DNA of 64,000 nt. Source: Escherichia coli (lineage in GTDB: Bacteria > Pseudomonadota > Gammaproteobacteria > Enterobacterales > Enterobacteriaceae). Positions 11,164 through 21,883 of this stretch are shown piece by piece. Both the position numbers and the translations under genes were made by a program. The stretch lies in NCBI RefSeq assembly GCF_050920415.1, contig NZ_CP169309.1, one strand, 5' to 3'. A model generated the notes under the pieces. It saw only the letters and a program-made list of their open reading frames with translations, did not search any database and had not been told where the DNA came from. How positions within the stretch are numbered: position 1 is the stretch's first letter; every line of letters starts with the position of its first letter.

Positions 11164-12498
11164 ATGAGTTCTGCCAAGAAGATCGGGCTATTTGCCTGTA
11201 CCGGTGTTGTTGCCGGTAATATGATGGGGAGCGGCATTGCATTATTGCCTGCGAACCTTGCAAGTATCGGTGGTATTGCTATCTGGGGTTGGATTATCTC
11301 TATTATTGGTGCAATGTCGTTGGCTTATGTATATGCCCGACTGGCAACAAAAAACCCGCAACAAGGTGGCCCAATTGCTTATGCCGGAGAAATTTCTCCT
11401 GCATTTGGTTTTCAGACAGGTGTTCTTTATTACCATGCTAACTGGATTGGTAACCTGGCGATTGGTATTACCGCTGTATCTTATCTTTCCACCTTCTTCC
11501 CTGTATTAAATGATCCTGTTCCGGCGGGTATCGCTTGTATTGCTATCGTCTGGGTATTTACCTTTGTAAATATGCTCGGCGGTACCTGGGTAAGCCGTTT
11601 AACCACTATTGGTCTGGTGCTGGTTCTTATTCCTGTAGTTATGACTGCTATTGTTGGCTGGCATTGGTTTGATGCTGCAACTTATGCTGCTAACTGGAAT
11701 ACCGCAGGTACTACTGATGGTCATGCGATCATTAAAAGTATTCTGCTCTGCCTGTGGGCCTTCGTGGGTGTTGAATCCGCAGCGGTAAGTACTGGTATGG
11801 TTAAAAACCCGAAACGTACCGTTCCGCTGGCAACCATGCTGGGTACTGGTTTAGCAGGTATTGTTTACATCGCTGCGACTCAGGTGCTTTCCGGTATGTA
11901 TCCGTCTTCTGTAATGGCAGGCTCCGGTGCTCCGTTTGCAATCAGTGCTTCTACTATCCTGGGTAACTGGGCTGCGCCGATGGTTTCTGCATTCACCGCT
12001 TTTGCGTGCCTGACTTCTCTGGGTTCCTGGATGATGCTGGTAGGTCAGGCAGGTGTGCGTGCCGCTAACGACGGTAACTTCCCGAAAGTTTATGGTGAAG
12101 TCGACAGCAACGGTATTCCGAAAAAAGGTCTGCTGCTGGCTGCAGTGAAAATGACTGCCCTGATGATCCTCATCACTCTGATGAACTCTGCCGGTGGTAA
12201 AGCATCTGACCTGTTCGGTGAACTGACCGGTATCGCAGTACTGCTGACTATGCTGCCGTACTTCTACTCTTGCGTTGACCTGATTCGTTTTGAAGGCGTT
12301 AACATCCGCAACTTTGTCAGCCTGATCTGCTCTGTACTGGGTTGCGTGTTCTGCTTCATCGCGCTGATGGGCGCAAGCTCCTTCGAGCTGGCAGGTACCT
12401 TCATCGTCAGCCTGATTATCCTGATGTTCTACGCTCGCAAAATGCACGAGCGCCAGAGCCACTCAATGGATAACCACACAGCGTCTAACGCACATTAA
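11164..12498 (+). CDS. cadB: Lysine:cadaverine antiporter CadB (444 aa)
   Basis: APC-family membrane ORF MSSAKKIGLFACTGVVAGNMMGSGIALLPANLA...; immediately upstream of cadA. Confidence 0.95.
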   Translation: MSSAKKIGLFACTGVVAGNMMGSGIALLPANLASIGGIAIWGWIISIIGAMSLAYVYARLATKNPQQGGPIAYAGEISPAFGFQTGVLYYHANWIGNLAIGITAVSYLSTFFPVLNDPVPAGIACIAIVWVFTFVNMLGGTWVSRLTTIGLVLVLIPVVMTAIVGWHWFDAATYAANWNTAGTTDGHAIIKSILLCLWAFVGVESAAVSTGMVKNPKRTVPLATMLGTGLAGIVYIAATQVLSGMYPSSVMAGSGAPFAISASTILGNWAAPMVSAFTAFACLTSLGSWMMLVGQAGVRAANDGNFPKVYGEVDSNGIPKKGLLLAAVKMTALMILITLMNSAGGKASDLFGELTGIAVLLTMLPYFYSCVDLIRFEGVNIRNFVSLICSVLGCVFCFIALMGASSFELAGTFIVSLIILMFYARKMHERQSHSMDNHTASNAH

Positions 12499-12577
12499 TT
12501 AAAAGTATTTTCCGAGGCTCCTCCTTTCATTTTGTCCCATGTGTTGGGAGGGGCCTTTTTTACCTGGAGATATGACT

Positions 12578-14725
12578 ATGAACGTTATTGCAATATTGAA
12601 TCACATGGGGGTTTATTTTAAAGAAGAACCCATCCGTGAACTTCATCGCGCGCTTGAACGTCTGAACTTCCAGATTGTTTACCCGAATGACCGTGACGAC
12701 TTATTAAAACTGATCGAAAACAATGCGCGTCTGTGCGGTGTTATTTTTGACTGGGATAAATATAATCTCGAGCTGTGCGAAGAAATTAGCAAAATGAACG
12801 AGAACCTGCCGTTGTACGCGTTCGCTAATACGTATTCCACTCTCGATGTCAGCCTGAATGACCTGCGTTTACAGATTAGCTTCTTTGAATATGCGCTGGG
12901 TGCTGCTGATGATATTGCTAACAAGATCAAGCAGACCACTGACGAATATATCAACACTATTCTGCCTCCGCTGACCAAAGCACTGTTTAAATATGTTCGT
13001 GAAGGTAAATATACTTTCTGTACTCCTGGTCACATGGGCGGTACTGCATTCCAGAAAAGCCCGGTAGGTAGCCTGTTCTATGATTTCTTTGGTCCGAACA
13101 CCATGAAATCTGATATTTCCATTTCAGTATCTGAATTGGGTTCTCTGCTGGATCACAGCGGTCCGCACAAAGAAGCAGAACAGTATATCGCTCGCGTATT
13201 TAACGCAGACCGCAGCTACATGGTGACCAACGGTACTTCCACTGCGAACAAAATTGTTGGTATGTACTCTGCTCCGGCAGGCAGCACCATTCTGATTGAC
13301 CGTAACTGCCACAAATCGCTGACCCACCTGATGATGATGAGCGATGTTACGCCAATCTATTTCCGCCCGACCCGTAACGCTTACGGTATTCTTGGTGGTA
13401 TCCCACAGAGTGAATTCCAGCACGCTACCATTGCTAAGCGCGTAAAAGAAACACCAAACGCGACCTGGCCGGTACATGCCGTAATTACTAACTCTACCTA
13501 TGATGGCCTGCTGTACAACACCGACTTCATCAAGAAAACACTGGATGTAAAATCCATCCACTTTGACTCCGCGTGGGTGCCTTACACCAACTTCTCACCG
13601 ATTTACGAAGGTAAATGCGGTATGAGCGGTGGCCGTGTAGAAGGGAAAGTGATTTACGAAACCCAGTCTACTCACAAACTGCTGGCGGCGTTCTCTCAGG
13701 CTTCCATGATCCACGTTAAAGGTGATGTAAACGAAGAAACCTTTAACGAAGCCTACATGATGCACACCACCACTTCTCCGCACTACGGTATCGTGGCGTC
13801 CACTGAAACCGCTGCGGCGATGATGAAAGGTAATGCTGGTAAGCGTCTGATCAACGGTTCCATTGAACGTGCGATCAAGTTCCGTAAAGAGATCAAACGC
13901 CTGAGAACGGAATCTGATGGCTGGTTCTTTGATGTATGGCAGCCGGATCATATCGATACCACTGAATGCTGGCCGCTGCGTTCTGACAGCTCCTGGCACG
14001 GCTTCAAGAACATCGACAATGAGCACATGTATCTTGACCCGATCAAAGTCACCCTGCTGACCCCGGGGATGGAAAAAGACGGCACCATGAGCGACTTTGG
14101 TATTCCGGCCAGCATCGTGGCGAAATACCTCGACGAACATGGCATCGTTGTTGAGAAAACCGGCCCGTATAACCTGCTGTTCCTGTTCAGCATCGGTATT
14201 GATAAGACCAAAGCATTGAGCCTGCTGCGTGCTCTGACTGACTTCAAACGTGCGTTCGACCTGAACCTGCGTGTGAAAAACATGCTGCCGTCTCTGTATC
14301 GTGAAGATCCTGAATTCTATGAAGATATGCGTATTCAGGAACTGGCTCAGAATATCCACAAACTGATTGTTCACCACAATCTGCCGGATCTGATGTATCG
14401 CGCATTTGAAGTGCTGCCGACAATGGTAATGACTCCGTATGCTGCGTTCCAGAAAGAGCTGCACGGTATGACCGAAGAAGTTTACCTCGACGAAATGGTA
14501 GGTCGTATTAACGCCAATATGATCCTTCCGTATCCGCCGGGAGTTCCTCTGGTAATGCCGGGTGAAATGATCACCGAAGAAAGCCGTCCGGTGCTGGAGT
14601 TCCTGCAGATGCTGTGTGAAATCGGCGCTCACTATCCGGGCTTTGAAACCGATATTCACGGTGCATACCGTCAGGCTGATGGTCGCTATACCGTTAAGGT
14701 ATTGAAAGAAGAAAGCAAAAAATAA
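12578..14725 (+). CDS. cadA: Inducible lysine decarboxylase CadA (715 aa)
   Basis: MNVIAILNHMGVYFKEEPIRELHRALERLNFQIVYPNDRDD...; Orn/Lys/Arg decarboxylase fold with STHKLL PLP-lysine motif; start at ATG 12578 within ORF 12539-14725. Confidence 0.96.
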   Translation: MNVIAILNHMGVYFKEEPIRELHRALERLNFQIVYPNDRDDLLKLIENNARLCGVIFDWDKYNLELCEEISKMNENLPLYAFANTYSTLDVSLNDLRLQISFFEYALGAADDIANKIKQTTDEYINTILPPLTKALFKYVREGKYTFCTPGHMGGTAFQKSPVGSLFYDFFGPNTMKSDISISVSELGSLLDHSGPHKEAEQYIARVFNADRSYMVTNGTSTANKIVGMYSAPAGSTILIDRNCHKSLTHLMMMSDVTPIYFRPTRNAYGILGGIPQSEFQHATIAKRVKETPNATWPVHAVITNSTYDGLLYNTDFIKKTLDVKSIHFDSAWVPYTNFSPIYEGKCGMSGGRVEGKVIYETQSTHKLLAAFSQASMIHVKGDVNEETFNEAYMMHTTTSPHYGIVASTETAAAMMKGNAGKRLINGSIERAIKFRKEIKRLRTESDGWFFDVWQPDHIDTTECWPLRSDSSWHGFKNIDNEHMYLDPIKVTLLTPGMEKDGTMSDFGIPASIVAKYLDEHGIVVEKTGPYNLLFLFSIGIDKTKALSLLRALTDFKRAFDLNLRVKNMLPSLYREDPEFYEDMRIQELAQNIHKLIVHHNLPDLMYRAFEVLPTMVMTPYAAFQKELHGMTEEVYLDEMVGRINANMILPYPPGVPLVMPGEMITEESRPVLEFLQMLCEIGAHYPGFETDIHGAYRQADGRYTVKVLKEESKK

Positions 14726-14737
14726 TTAGCTCGTACA

Positions 14738-14767
14738 AGGGAAGTGGCTTGCCACTTCCCTTTTTTG
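14738..14767 (+). terminator. Rho-independent terminator after cadA
   Basis: Hairpin gggaagtggc / gccacttccc followed by TTTTTT. Confidence 0.65.
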
Positions 14768-14783
14768 CTCATAAGGAGAACAC

Positions 14784-16241
14784 ATGAAAACACCCTCACA
14801 GCCGCGCGCGATATACTATATCGTGGCGATCCAAATCTGGGAGTACTTCAGTTTTTACGGCATGCGTGCCTTACTCATTCTCTACCTCACCCATCAGCTT
14901 GGTTTTGATGATAACCATGCCATCAGTCTGTTCAGCGCATATGCTTCTCTGGTTTACGTTACCCCTATTCTCGGCGGCTGGCTTGCCGACCGCCTGCTCG
15001 GCAACCGCACTGCAGTGATTGCCGGCGCGCTGTTAATGACCCTTGGCCATGTGGTGCTGGGCATTGATACAAATTCAACCTTTAGCCTGTATCTGGCGCT
15101 GGCAATCATTATTTGTGGCTACGGTTTATTCAAATCGAACATCAGCTGTTTGCTTGGCGAGCTCTATGCCCCTGACGATCATCGACGTGATGGCGGTTTT
15201 TCGCTGCTGTATGCTGCGGGCAATATCGGTTCTATCGCAGCCCCCATCGCCTGCGGTCTGGCTGCTCAGTGGTATGGATGGCATGTTGGCTTTGCCCTTG
15301 CGGGTGGTGGCATGTTTATCGGTTTGTTGATTTTCTTAAGCGGTCATCGTCATTTCCAGTCAACGCGTAGTATGGATAAAAAAGCGCTCACTCGCGTGAA
15401 ATTTGCCTTACCGGTATGGAGCTGGTTAGTGGTGATGCTCTGTTTAGCCCCAGTATTTTTTACCCTACTGCTGGAGAACGACTGGTCCGGATATTTGCTG
15501 GCGATCGTTTGCCTTATTGCTGCACAAATCATTGCCCGCATGATGATCAAATACCCCGAACACCGTCGTGCTCTTTGGCAAATAGTATTGTTGATGCTTG
15601 TCGGAACGTTGTTCTGGGTACTGGCACAACAGGGCGGCAGCACCATCAGCTTGTTTATCGATCGCTTTGTGAATCGTCAGGCATTCAATATTGAAGTGCC
15701 GACTGCGCTATTCCAGTCAGTGAATGCGATTGCAGTGATGCTCGCTGGGGTTGTTCTGGCCTGGCTGGCGTCGCCAGAAAGCCGCGGCAATTCAGCATTG
15801 CGCGTCTGGCTGAAGTTTGCCTTTGGCTTACTGCTGATGGCTTGTGGCTTTATGTTGCTGGCATTTGATGCCCGACATGCAGCGGCTGGCGGTCAAGCGT
15901 CAATGGGCGTGATGATATCCGGGCTGGCGCTAATGGGCTTTGCCGAACTCTTTATTGACCCGGTGGCGATTGCGCAAATCACGCGTCTGAAAATGTCTGG
16001 CGTATTAACCGGTATTTATATGCTGGCAACAGGCGCGGTCGCCAACTGGCTGGCAGGCGTCGTGGCACAGCAGACGACAGAGTCGCAAATTAGCGGAATG
16101 GCAATTGCAGCTTACCAGCGATTCTTTTCTCAGATGGGAGAGTGGACGTTGGCTTGTGTCGCGATCATCGTGGTATTGGCCTTTGCTACCCGTTTTCTGT
16201 TTAGCACGCCGACGAATATGATACAGGAGAGCAACGATTAA
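14784..16241 (+). CDS. dtpC: Proton-dependent dipeptide/tripeptide permease DtpC (POT family, 485 aa)
   Basis: POT/PTR2 family motifs ([19 protein letters not shown]...); conserved position between cadA and lysU. Confidence 0.9.
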   Translation: MKTPSQPRAIYYIVAIQIWEYFSFYGMRALLILYLTHQLGFDDNHAISLFSAYASLVYVTPILGGWLADRLLGNRTAVIAGALLMTLGHVVLGIDTNSTFSLYLALAIIICGYGLFKSNISCLLGELYAPDDHRRDGGFSLLYAAGNIGSIAAPIACGLAAQWYGWHVGFALAGGGMFIGLLIFLSGHRHFQSTRSMDKKALTRVKFALPVWSWLVVMLCLAPVFFTLLLENDWSGYLLAIVCLIAAQIIARMMIKYPEHRRALWQIVLLMLVGTLFWVLAQQGGSTISLFIDRFVNRQAFNIEVPTALFQSVNAIAVMLAGVVLAWLASPESRGNSALRVWLKFAFGLLLMACGFMLLAFDARHAAAGGQASMGVMISGLALMGFAELFIDPVAIAQITRLKMSGVLTGIYMLATGAVANWLAGVVAQQTTESQISGMAIAAYQRFFSQMGEWTLACVAIIVVLAFATRFLFSTPTNMIQESND

Positions 16242-16477
16242 CTGTCGTAAAAACAATTGGTTATGAATAAATTAACTTTCAGTTTATCACACTAGCAAAT
16301 CGAGATTAATAAGTCATTTAAACCATTTTTATGGTTATTTATTAGTGATATCAACTTGAGGTAAGCGTTAGTTTCGATAAGATAAACTGAGTTATTAATA
16401 GTCGAGGCAGATAATACAGTGTACCGATCTGTCTCTTTATCTACGCTAAATTGAAAGCTGGATTTAGAGGAACCAAA

Positions 16478-17995
16478 ATGTCTGAACGAGAAACACGGGG
16501 AGCCAATGAGGCTATTGATTTTAACGATGAACTGAGAAATCGCCGCGAAAAACTGGCAGCACTGCGTCAGCAAGGTGTGGCGTTTCCTAATGATTTTCGC
16601 CGCGACCATACCTCTGACCAGTTGCACGAAGAGTTTGATGCGAAGGATAACCAGGAACTGGAATCCTTAAACATTGAAGTCTCGGTTGCTGGCCGAATGA
16701 TGACCCGTCGTATCATGGGGAAAGCCTCCTTTGTAACGTTGCAGGATGTCGGTGGCCGTATTCAACTGTACGTTGCACGAGATAGCCTGCCAGAAGGTGT
16801 TTATAACGATCAGTTTAAAAAATGGGACCTCGGCGACATTATCGGTGCCCGCGGTACGCTGTTTAAGACGCAAACGGGTGAACTTTCCATTCACTGTACT
16901 GAGCTGCGCCTGCTGACTAAAGCACTACGTCCTTTACCAGATAAATTCCATGGTCTGCAGGATCAGGAAGTCCGTTATCGTCAACGTTATCTGGACCTCA
17001 TCGCTAACGATAAATCCCGTCAAACGTTTGTTGTCCGTTCAAAAATTCTGGCCGCTATCCGCCAGTTCATGGTCGCGCGCGGCTTTATGGAAGTAGAAAC
17101 CCCGATGATGCAGGTAATTCCAGGTGGGGCATCTGCTCGCCCGTTTATTACCCATCATAATGCTCTGGATTTGGATATGTACCTGCGTATTGCGCCGGAG
17201 CTATATCTGAAACGTCTGGTTGTAGGTGGTTTTGAACGGGTATTCGAAATCAACCGTAACTTCCGTAATGAAGGTATTTCTGTTCGTCATAATCCTGAGT
17301 TCACGATGATGGAACTCTACATGGCGTATGCGGATTACCACGATTTGATTGAACTGACGGAATCACTGTTCCGCACTCTGGCACAAGAGGTACTGGGTAC
17401 CACTAAAGTCACTTATGGCGAGCATGTGTTTGATTTCGGCAAACCGTTTGAAAAACTCACCATGCGCGAAGCAATCAAAAAATATCGTCCAGAAACCGAT
17501 ATGGCGGACCTGGATAATTTTGATGCTGCTAAAGCATTAGCTGAATCTATCGGAATTACGGTAGAGAAAAGCTGGGGGCTGGGACGCATTGTCACGGAGA
17601 TCTTTGATGAAGTGGCAGAAGCACATCTGATTCAGCCAACCTTTATCACGGAATATCCGGCAGAAGTGTCACCGCTGGCGCGCCGTAATGATGTTAACCC
17701 GGAAATCACCGACCGTTTTGAATTCTTCATCGGTGGTCGTGAAATCGGTAATGGTTTTAGCGAATTAAACGACGCAGAAGATCAGGCGGAACGTTTCCAG
17801 GAACAGGTTAACGCTAAAGCTGCAGGTGACGACGAAGCCATGTTCTATGACGAAGATTACGTGACTGCGCTGGAATATGGTCTGCCGCCAACCGCGGGTC
17901 TGGGTATTGGTATCGACCGAATGATTATGCTGTTTACTAACAGTCATACTATTCGCGACGTTATTCTCTTCCCGGCGATGCGTCCACAGAAATAA
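16478..17995 (+). CDS. lysU: Lysyl-tRNA synthetase, heat-inducible isoform LysU (505 aa)
   Basis: Class II aaRS with N-terminal OB-fold anticodon-binding domain; start at ATG 16478 inside ORF 16451-17995; assigned as lysU (not lysS) by gene neighbourhood. Confidence 0.93.
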   Translation: MSERETRGANEAIDFNDELRNRREKLAALRQQGVAFPNDFRRDHTSDQLHEEFDAKDNQELESLNIEVSVAGRMMTRRIMGKASFVTLQDVGGRIQLYVARDSLPEGVYNDQFKKWDLGDIIGARGTLFKTQTGELSIHCTELRLLTKALRPLPDKFHGLQDQEVRYRQRYLDLIANDKSRQTFVVRSKILAAIRQFMVARGFMEVETPMMQVIPGGASARPFITHHNALDLDMYLRIAPELYLKRLVVGGFERVFEINRNFRNEGISVRHNPEFTMMELYMAYADYHDLIELTESLFRTLAQEVLGTTKVTYGEHVFDFGKPFEKLTMREAIKKYRPETDMADLDNFDAAKALAESIGITVEKSWGLGRIVTEIFDEVAEAHLIQPTFITEYPAEVSPLARRNDVNPEITDRFEFFIGGREIGNGFSELNDAEDQAERFQEQVNAKAAGDDEAMFYDEDYVTALEYGLPPTAGLGIGIDRMIMLFTNSHTIRDVILFPAMRPQK

Positions 17996-18005
17996 ATTTC
18001 ATTTT

Positions 18006-18040
18006 AACGAACGAAGCAGTCAGACGACTGCTTCGTTCGT
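18006..18040 (+). terminator. Stem-loop downstream of lysU
   Basis: Inverted repeat aacgaacgaagcagtc / gactgcttcgttcgt; weak T-run. Confidence 0.5.
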
Positions 18041-18113
18041 CGTTCCACAAATCCAGTTTCGAGGAGAGACGCTTCGTTTCAAGATAACCAGCGGGTCCAC
18101 TCAACTACAGCTC

Positions 18114-18287
18114 CTAAAAGAGAGAAAAAAGTAATGCCACAGGCAGGCTCATTGGCCAGGTTATTCCGACCAGAAATGCACTAAGTAAACGAATATGTGT
18201 TTTCTCATGTGAGATAAACCAGATAATGACAAAGGATATGTTCACACCAATCACATAAAAAATTAATATTTTAGAGAATAGTGCCAT
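18114..18287 (-). CDS. ghoT: Type V toxin GhoT, small membrane-lytic peptide (57 aa)
   Basis: Reverse-strand ATG at 18285-18287 opens a 57-codon frame MALFSKILIFYVIGVNISFVIIWFISHEKTHIRLLSAFLVGITWPMSLPVALLFSLF ending at TAG (18114-18116); below the 60-aa cut-off of the ORF track; directly downstream of ghoS. Confidence 0.85.
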   Translation of the reverse strand: MALFSKILIFYVIGVNISFVIIWFISHEKTHIRLLSAFLVGITWPMSLPVALLFSLF

Positions 18288-18314
18288 TTTTTATGTTCTT
18301 CTTATCCTTCCTGA

Positions 18315-18611
18315 CTACTTGTAAAACTGACGGAAATAGTCATCAACGGTCATAATGTTGAGGTCAAAATCAATATCCGGTAAGTCTAAGCATTTGAGCC
18401 TGATTAAATCTTCGATTTCACTTGCGGCTAACGATGTCGTTATTGCGAAGGAATTTTCATTCAATTGTCGTGGTATCCCATATTCATCAGCCACGATAGA
18501 GGAGAAATTCATATCATACATCAATGATCTTAACCTTAAGAACACTGAGGAATAAGATGATGGATAATCAAAAGAAACAACATAAGTATTGAACTTGTTT
18601 TTACCTTCCAT
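18315..18611 (-). CDS. ghoS: Type V antitoxin GhoS, sequence-specific endoribonuclease (98 aa)
   Basis: ORF MEGKNKFNTYVVSFDYPSSYSSVFLRLRSLMYDMNFSSIVADEYGIP... matches GhoS (formerly YjdK); upstream of ghoT on the same strand. Confidence 0.85.
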   Translation of the reverse strand: MEGKNKFNTYVVSFDYPSSYSSVFLRLRSLMYDMNFSSIVADEYGIPRQLNENSFAITTSLAASEIEDLIRLKCLDLPDIDFDLNIMTVDDYFRQFYK

Positions 18612-18840
18612 AATATGACTCCTATCAATATTAAAACGATCTGGGGACGCACAACTTATTAACCCCGATCGATGATTCTCATATAGGAGATATTCTTTTT
18701 TTTTTGCTCAGTAAAGGGGATGACTTGGGACAAGAAAACGCTCTCTCTGACCATTCTTTGTGCATCCCCCTACCCTTCAGATTCTCTCCTGCATCACACC
18801 GCGGAGAGCATGAAAAATATCGTGACTCTGTACTCTCCCA

Positions 18841-19113
18841 TCAACTGCGAATATCATCATACTCCCGCGTTTTATCAAATTCGTGTTTCGCAAATGGACA
18901 TAATGGGATAATTTTTCGTTTTTCCCGACGCATTTTTTCCACGACTTTCGCAACCAGCTGTTTACCAATCCCCTGCCCTTTCAGGCTTTCATCGACATCG
19001 GTATGTTCGATAATCGCTAAATTCTTGCCGGTCGGCACAAAGACAATTTCAGCAATTTGCTTGCCCTGTTCGTCATTAATGTAAAATTTATTGTGGCCTT
19101 CGCGTATTTCCAT
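18841..19113 (-). CDS. yjdJ: Small GNAT-like acetyltransferase-fold protein YjdJ (90 aa)
   Basis: ORF with Q/R-x-x-G-x-G/A acetyl-CoA-binding-like motif ([18 protein letters not shown]); conserved neighbourhood. Confidence 0.75.
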   Translation of the reverse strand: MEIREGHNKFYINDEQGKQIAEIVFVPTGKNLAIIEHTDVDESLKGQGIGKQLVAKVVEKMRREKRKIIPLCPFAKHEFDKTREYDDIRS

Positions 19114-19124
19114 TTTACCCTCGC

Positions 19125-19355
19125 TTATTTATGACGGTATTTCAGCGCGCCGCTCGGGCACGTATCAATCACTTTAACCACAGTGGCAACGTCGACTTCA
19201 TCCGGCATGATCCACGGCTTTCGTTTGAGATTAAATAACTTGCCGTTGCCACGTACGCAATTGCCAGAATGCTGACATATCGCAGTGTTGAAATAGACAT
19301 CGATCTTTTCGCCGGTATAACAGCGATAACCCCCGTCCAGTAGCGCCTGATCCAT
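19125..19355 (-). CDS. yjdI: Small cysteine-rich protein YjdI (76 aa)
   Basis: ORF with multiple Cys (CYTG...CQHSGNC...CPSG) suggesting a metal-binding fold; 11 bp upstream of yjdJ on the same strand. Confidence 0.7.
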   Translation of the reverse strand: MDQALLDGGYRCYTGEKIDVYFNTAICQHSGNCVRGNGKLFNLKRKPWIMPDEVDVATVVKVIDTCPSGALKYRHK

Positions 19356-19535
19356 GACCTTCCCTCTCTCATCAGTATGGTTTTCACTATAAGCATAGCC
19401 CTGGAATCTTCATACAGCACTGGCAGTTTCCGTTGCCAGAGTCTCTTCCCCTATATAGCCAATCATTCTTACTCCCTTTGAATTACCCGCCTCATCAGAG
19501 ATAATGCTTAAGAAATTTGTCACACAAGGAAGCTG

Positions 19536-21167
19536 ATGAGACATTCATTGCCCTACCGTATGTTACGCAAACGTCCGATGAAATTGAGTACCACTGTGAT
19601 CTTAATGGTCAGCGCGGTACTGTTCTCGGTGCTATTGGTGGTGCATCTGATTTACTTCTCGCAAATCAGTGATATGACGCGAGACGGGCTAGCCAACAAG
19701 GCACTGGCAGTGGCGCGTACTCTCGCCGACTCGCCGGAAATCCGTCAGGGCTTGCAGAAAAAACCGCAGGAGAGCGGCATCCAGGCCATCGCGGAAGCCG
19801 TGCGCAAACGCAACGATCTGCTGTTTATTGTCGTTACCGATATGCAAAGTCTTCGCTACTCGCATCCTGAAGCCCAGCGTATTGGTCAGCCATTTAAAGG
19901 TGATGACATCCTTAAAGCGCTGAATGGCGAAGAAAATGTCGCTATCAATCGCGGTTTTCTGGCGCAGGCTTTACGCGTATTTACCCCCATCTACGATGAA
20001 AATCATAAACAAATTGGCGTGGTGGCGATCGGCCTTGAGTTAAGTCGCGTGACCCAACAGATCAATGACAGTCGCTGGAGCATCATCTGGTCGGTATTAT
20101 TTGGCATGCTGGTCGGGCTGATTGGCACCTGCATTCTGGTTAAGGTACTGAAAAAAATCCTTTTCGGCCTGGAACCCTACGAAATCTCCACGCTGTTTGA
20201 GCAACGCCAGGCCATGTTGCAGTCTATCAAAGAAGGCGTCGTTGCCGTGGACGATCGCGGCGAGGTCACGCTGATCAACGATGCCGCACAAGAATTGCTG
20301 AATTACCGTAAGTCGCAGGACGATGAGAAACTGTCGACGCTAAGCCACGCGTGGTCACAGGTGGTAGATGTCTCGGAAGTGTTACGCGACGGTACCCCGC
20401 GGCGCGACGAAGAGATTACGATTAAAGACCGGCTATTACTGATCAACACCGTTCCGGTGCGCAGTAATGGCGTTATCATCGGTGCCATTTCAACCTTCAG
20501 GGACAAAACTGAAGTACGTAAACTGATGCAGCGACTCGACGGTCTGGTCAACTATGCTGACGCGCTTCGTGAACGATCCCACGAATTTATGAATAAATTG
20601 CATGTGATTCTCGGATTATTGCATCTGAAGAGTTATAAGCAGTTGGAAGATTACATTCTCAAAACAGCCAATAACTATCAGGAAGAGATTGGCTCTCTGC
20701 TGGGTAAGATCAAATCTCCAGTTATCGCTGGTTTTTTAATCAGCAAGATTAACCGCGCGACCGATTTAGGCCATACGCTGATTTTAAACAGCGAAAGCCA
20801 GTTGCCAGACAGCGGCAGTGAAGACCAGGTCGCGACGCTGATTACCACGCTGGGAAATCTGATAGAAAACGCGCTGGAGGCATTAGGGCCGGAACCCGGT
20901 GGCGAAATTAGCGTAACATTGCACTACCGTCACGGCTGGCTGCACTGTGAAGTTAACGATGATGGACCGGGGATCGCACCCGACAAAATCGATCACATTT
21001 TTGACAAAGGTGTCTCGACAAAAGGAAGCGAGCGAGGCGTCGGTTTAGCACTTGTCAAACAACAGGTAGAAAATCTCGGCGGCAGCATCGCCGTGGAATC
21101 GGAACCCGGGATTTTCACACAATTTTTTGTCCAGATACCCTGGGATGGGGAGAGGTCGAACAGATGA
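19536..21167 (+). CDS. dcuS: C4-dicarboxylate sensor histidine kinase DcuS (543 aa)
   Basis: Two TM segments flanking a periplasmic PAS-like domain, cytoplasmic PAS and HATPase domains; overlaps dcuR start by 4 bp. Confidence 0.93.
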   Translation: MRHSLPYRMLRKRPMKLSTTVILMVSAVLFSVLLVVHLIYFSQISDMTRDGLANKALAVARTLADSPEIRQGLQKKPQESGIQAIAEAVRKRNDLLFIVVTDMQSLRYSHPEAQRIGQPFKGDDILKALNGEENVAINRGFLAQALRVFTPIYDENHKQIGVVAIGLELSRVTQQINDSRWSIIWSVLFGMLVGLIGTCILVKVLKKILFGLEPYEISTLFEQRQAMLQSIKEGVVAVDDRGEVTLINDAAQELLNYRKSQDDEKLSTLSHAWSQVVDVSEVLRDGTPRRDEEITIKDRLLLINTVPVRSNGVIIGAISTFRDKTEVRKLMQRLDGLVNYADALRERSHEFMNKLHVILGLLHLKSYKQLEDYILKTANNYQEEIGSLLGKIKSPVIAGFLISKINRATDLGHTLILNSESQLPDSGSEDQVATLITTLGNLIENALEALGPEPGGEISVTLHYRHGWLHCEVNDDGPGIAPDKIDHIFDKGVSTKGSERGVGLALVKQQVENLGGSIAVESEPGIFTQFFVQIPWDGERSNR

Positions 21168-21883
21168 TCAATGTATTAATTATTGATGACGACGCAATGG
21201 TCGCGGAGCTGAATCGTCGATACGTGGCACAAATCCCAGGCTTTCAATGCTGTGGAACGGCCTCGACGCTGGAGAAAGCCAAAGAGATTATCTTCAATAG
21301 CGATACGCCTATCGACCTGATATTGCTCGATATCTATATGCAAAAAGAGAACGGGCTCGATTTACTGCCTGTTCTGCATAATGCGCGTTGCAAAAGTGAT
21401 GTGATTGTTATCTCTTCCGCTGCCGATGCCGCAACCATTAAAGATTCGCTGCATTACGGAGTCGTGGATTACCTGATCAAACCCTTCCAGGCTACCCGCT
21501 TTGAAGAGGCGCTCACCGGCTGGCGGCAAAAGAAAATGGCGCTGGAAAAACATCAGTATTATGACCAGGCCGAGCTTGATCAGCTAATCCACGGCAGCAG
21601 CTCCAACGAGCAGGATCCTCGTCGCTTGCCAAAAGGCTTAACACCACAGACGTTACGCACGCTGTGCCAGTGGATTGACGCGCATCAGGACTATGAGTTT
21701 TCAACCGACGAGCTGGCTAATGAGGTTAACATCTCGCGTGTTTCCTGCCGTAAATATCTCATCTGGCTGGTCAACTGCCACATCTTGTTCACCAGTATCC
21801 ATTATGGCGTCACAGGTCGTCCGGTTTATCGTTATCGTATTCAGGCAGAACATTACTCACTACTTAAACAATATTGCCAATAA
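21164..21883 (+). CDS. dcuR: Response regulator DcuR (239 aa)
   Basis: Receiver domain (MINVLIIDDDAMV...DLILLDIYM) plus C-terminal HTH; translationally coupled to dcuS. Confidence 0.93.
   Translation: MINVLIIDDDAMVAELNRRYVAQIPGFQCCGTASTLEKAKEIIFNSDTPIDLILLDIYMQKENGLDLLPVLHNARCKSDVIVISSAADAATIKDSLHYGVVDYLIKPFQATRFEEALTGWRQKKMALEKHQYYDQAELDQLIHGSSSNEQDPRRLPKGLTPQTLRTLCQWIDAHQDYEFSTDELANEVNISRVSCRKYLIWLVNCHILFTSIHYGVTGRPVYRYRIQAEHYSLLKQYCQ

Noticed and set aside
13595-14659. 354-codon reverse-strand ORF inside cadA
   Set aside because: Embedded in the antisense of cadA; H/R/F-rich low-complexity translation typical of a spurious frame.
18612-18840. Possible small gene or sRNA in the ghoS-yjdJ spacer
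   Set aside because: Contains only a short inverted repeat (ctctcc...ggagag) and short ORFs without RBS; insufficient evidence from sequence alone.
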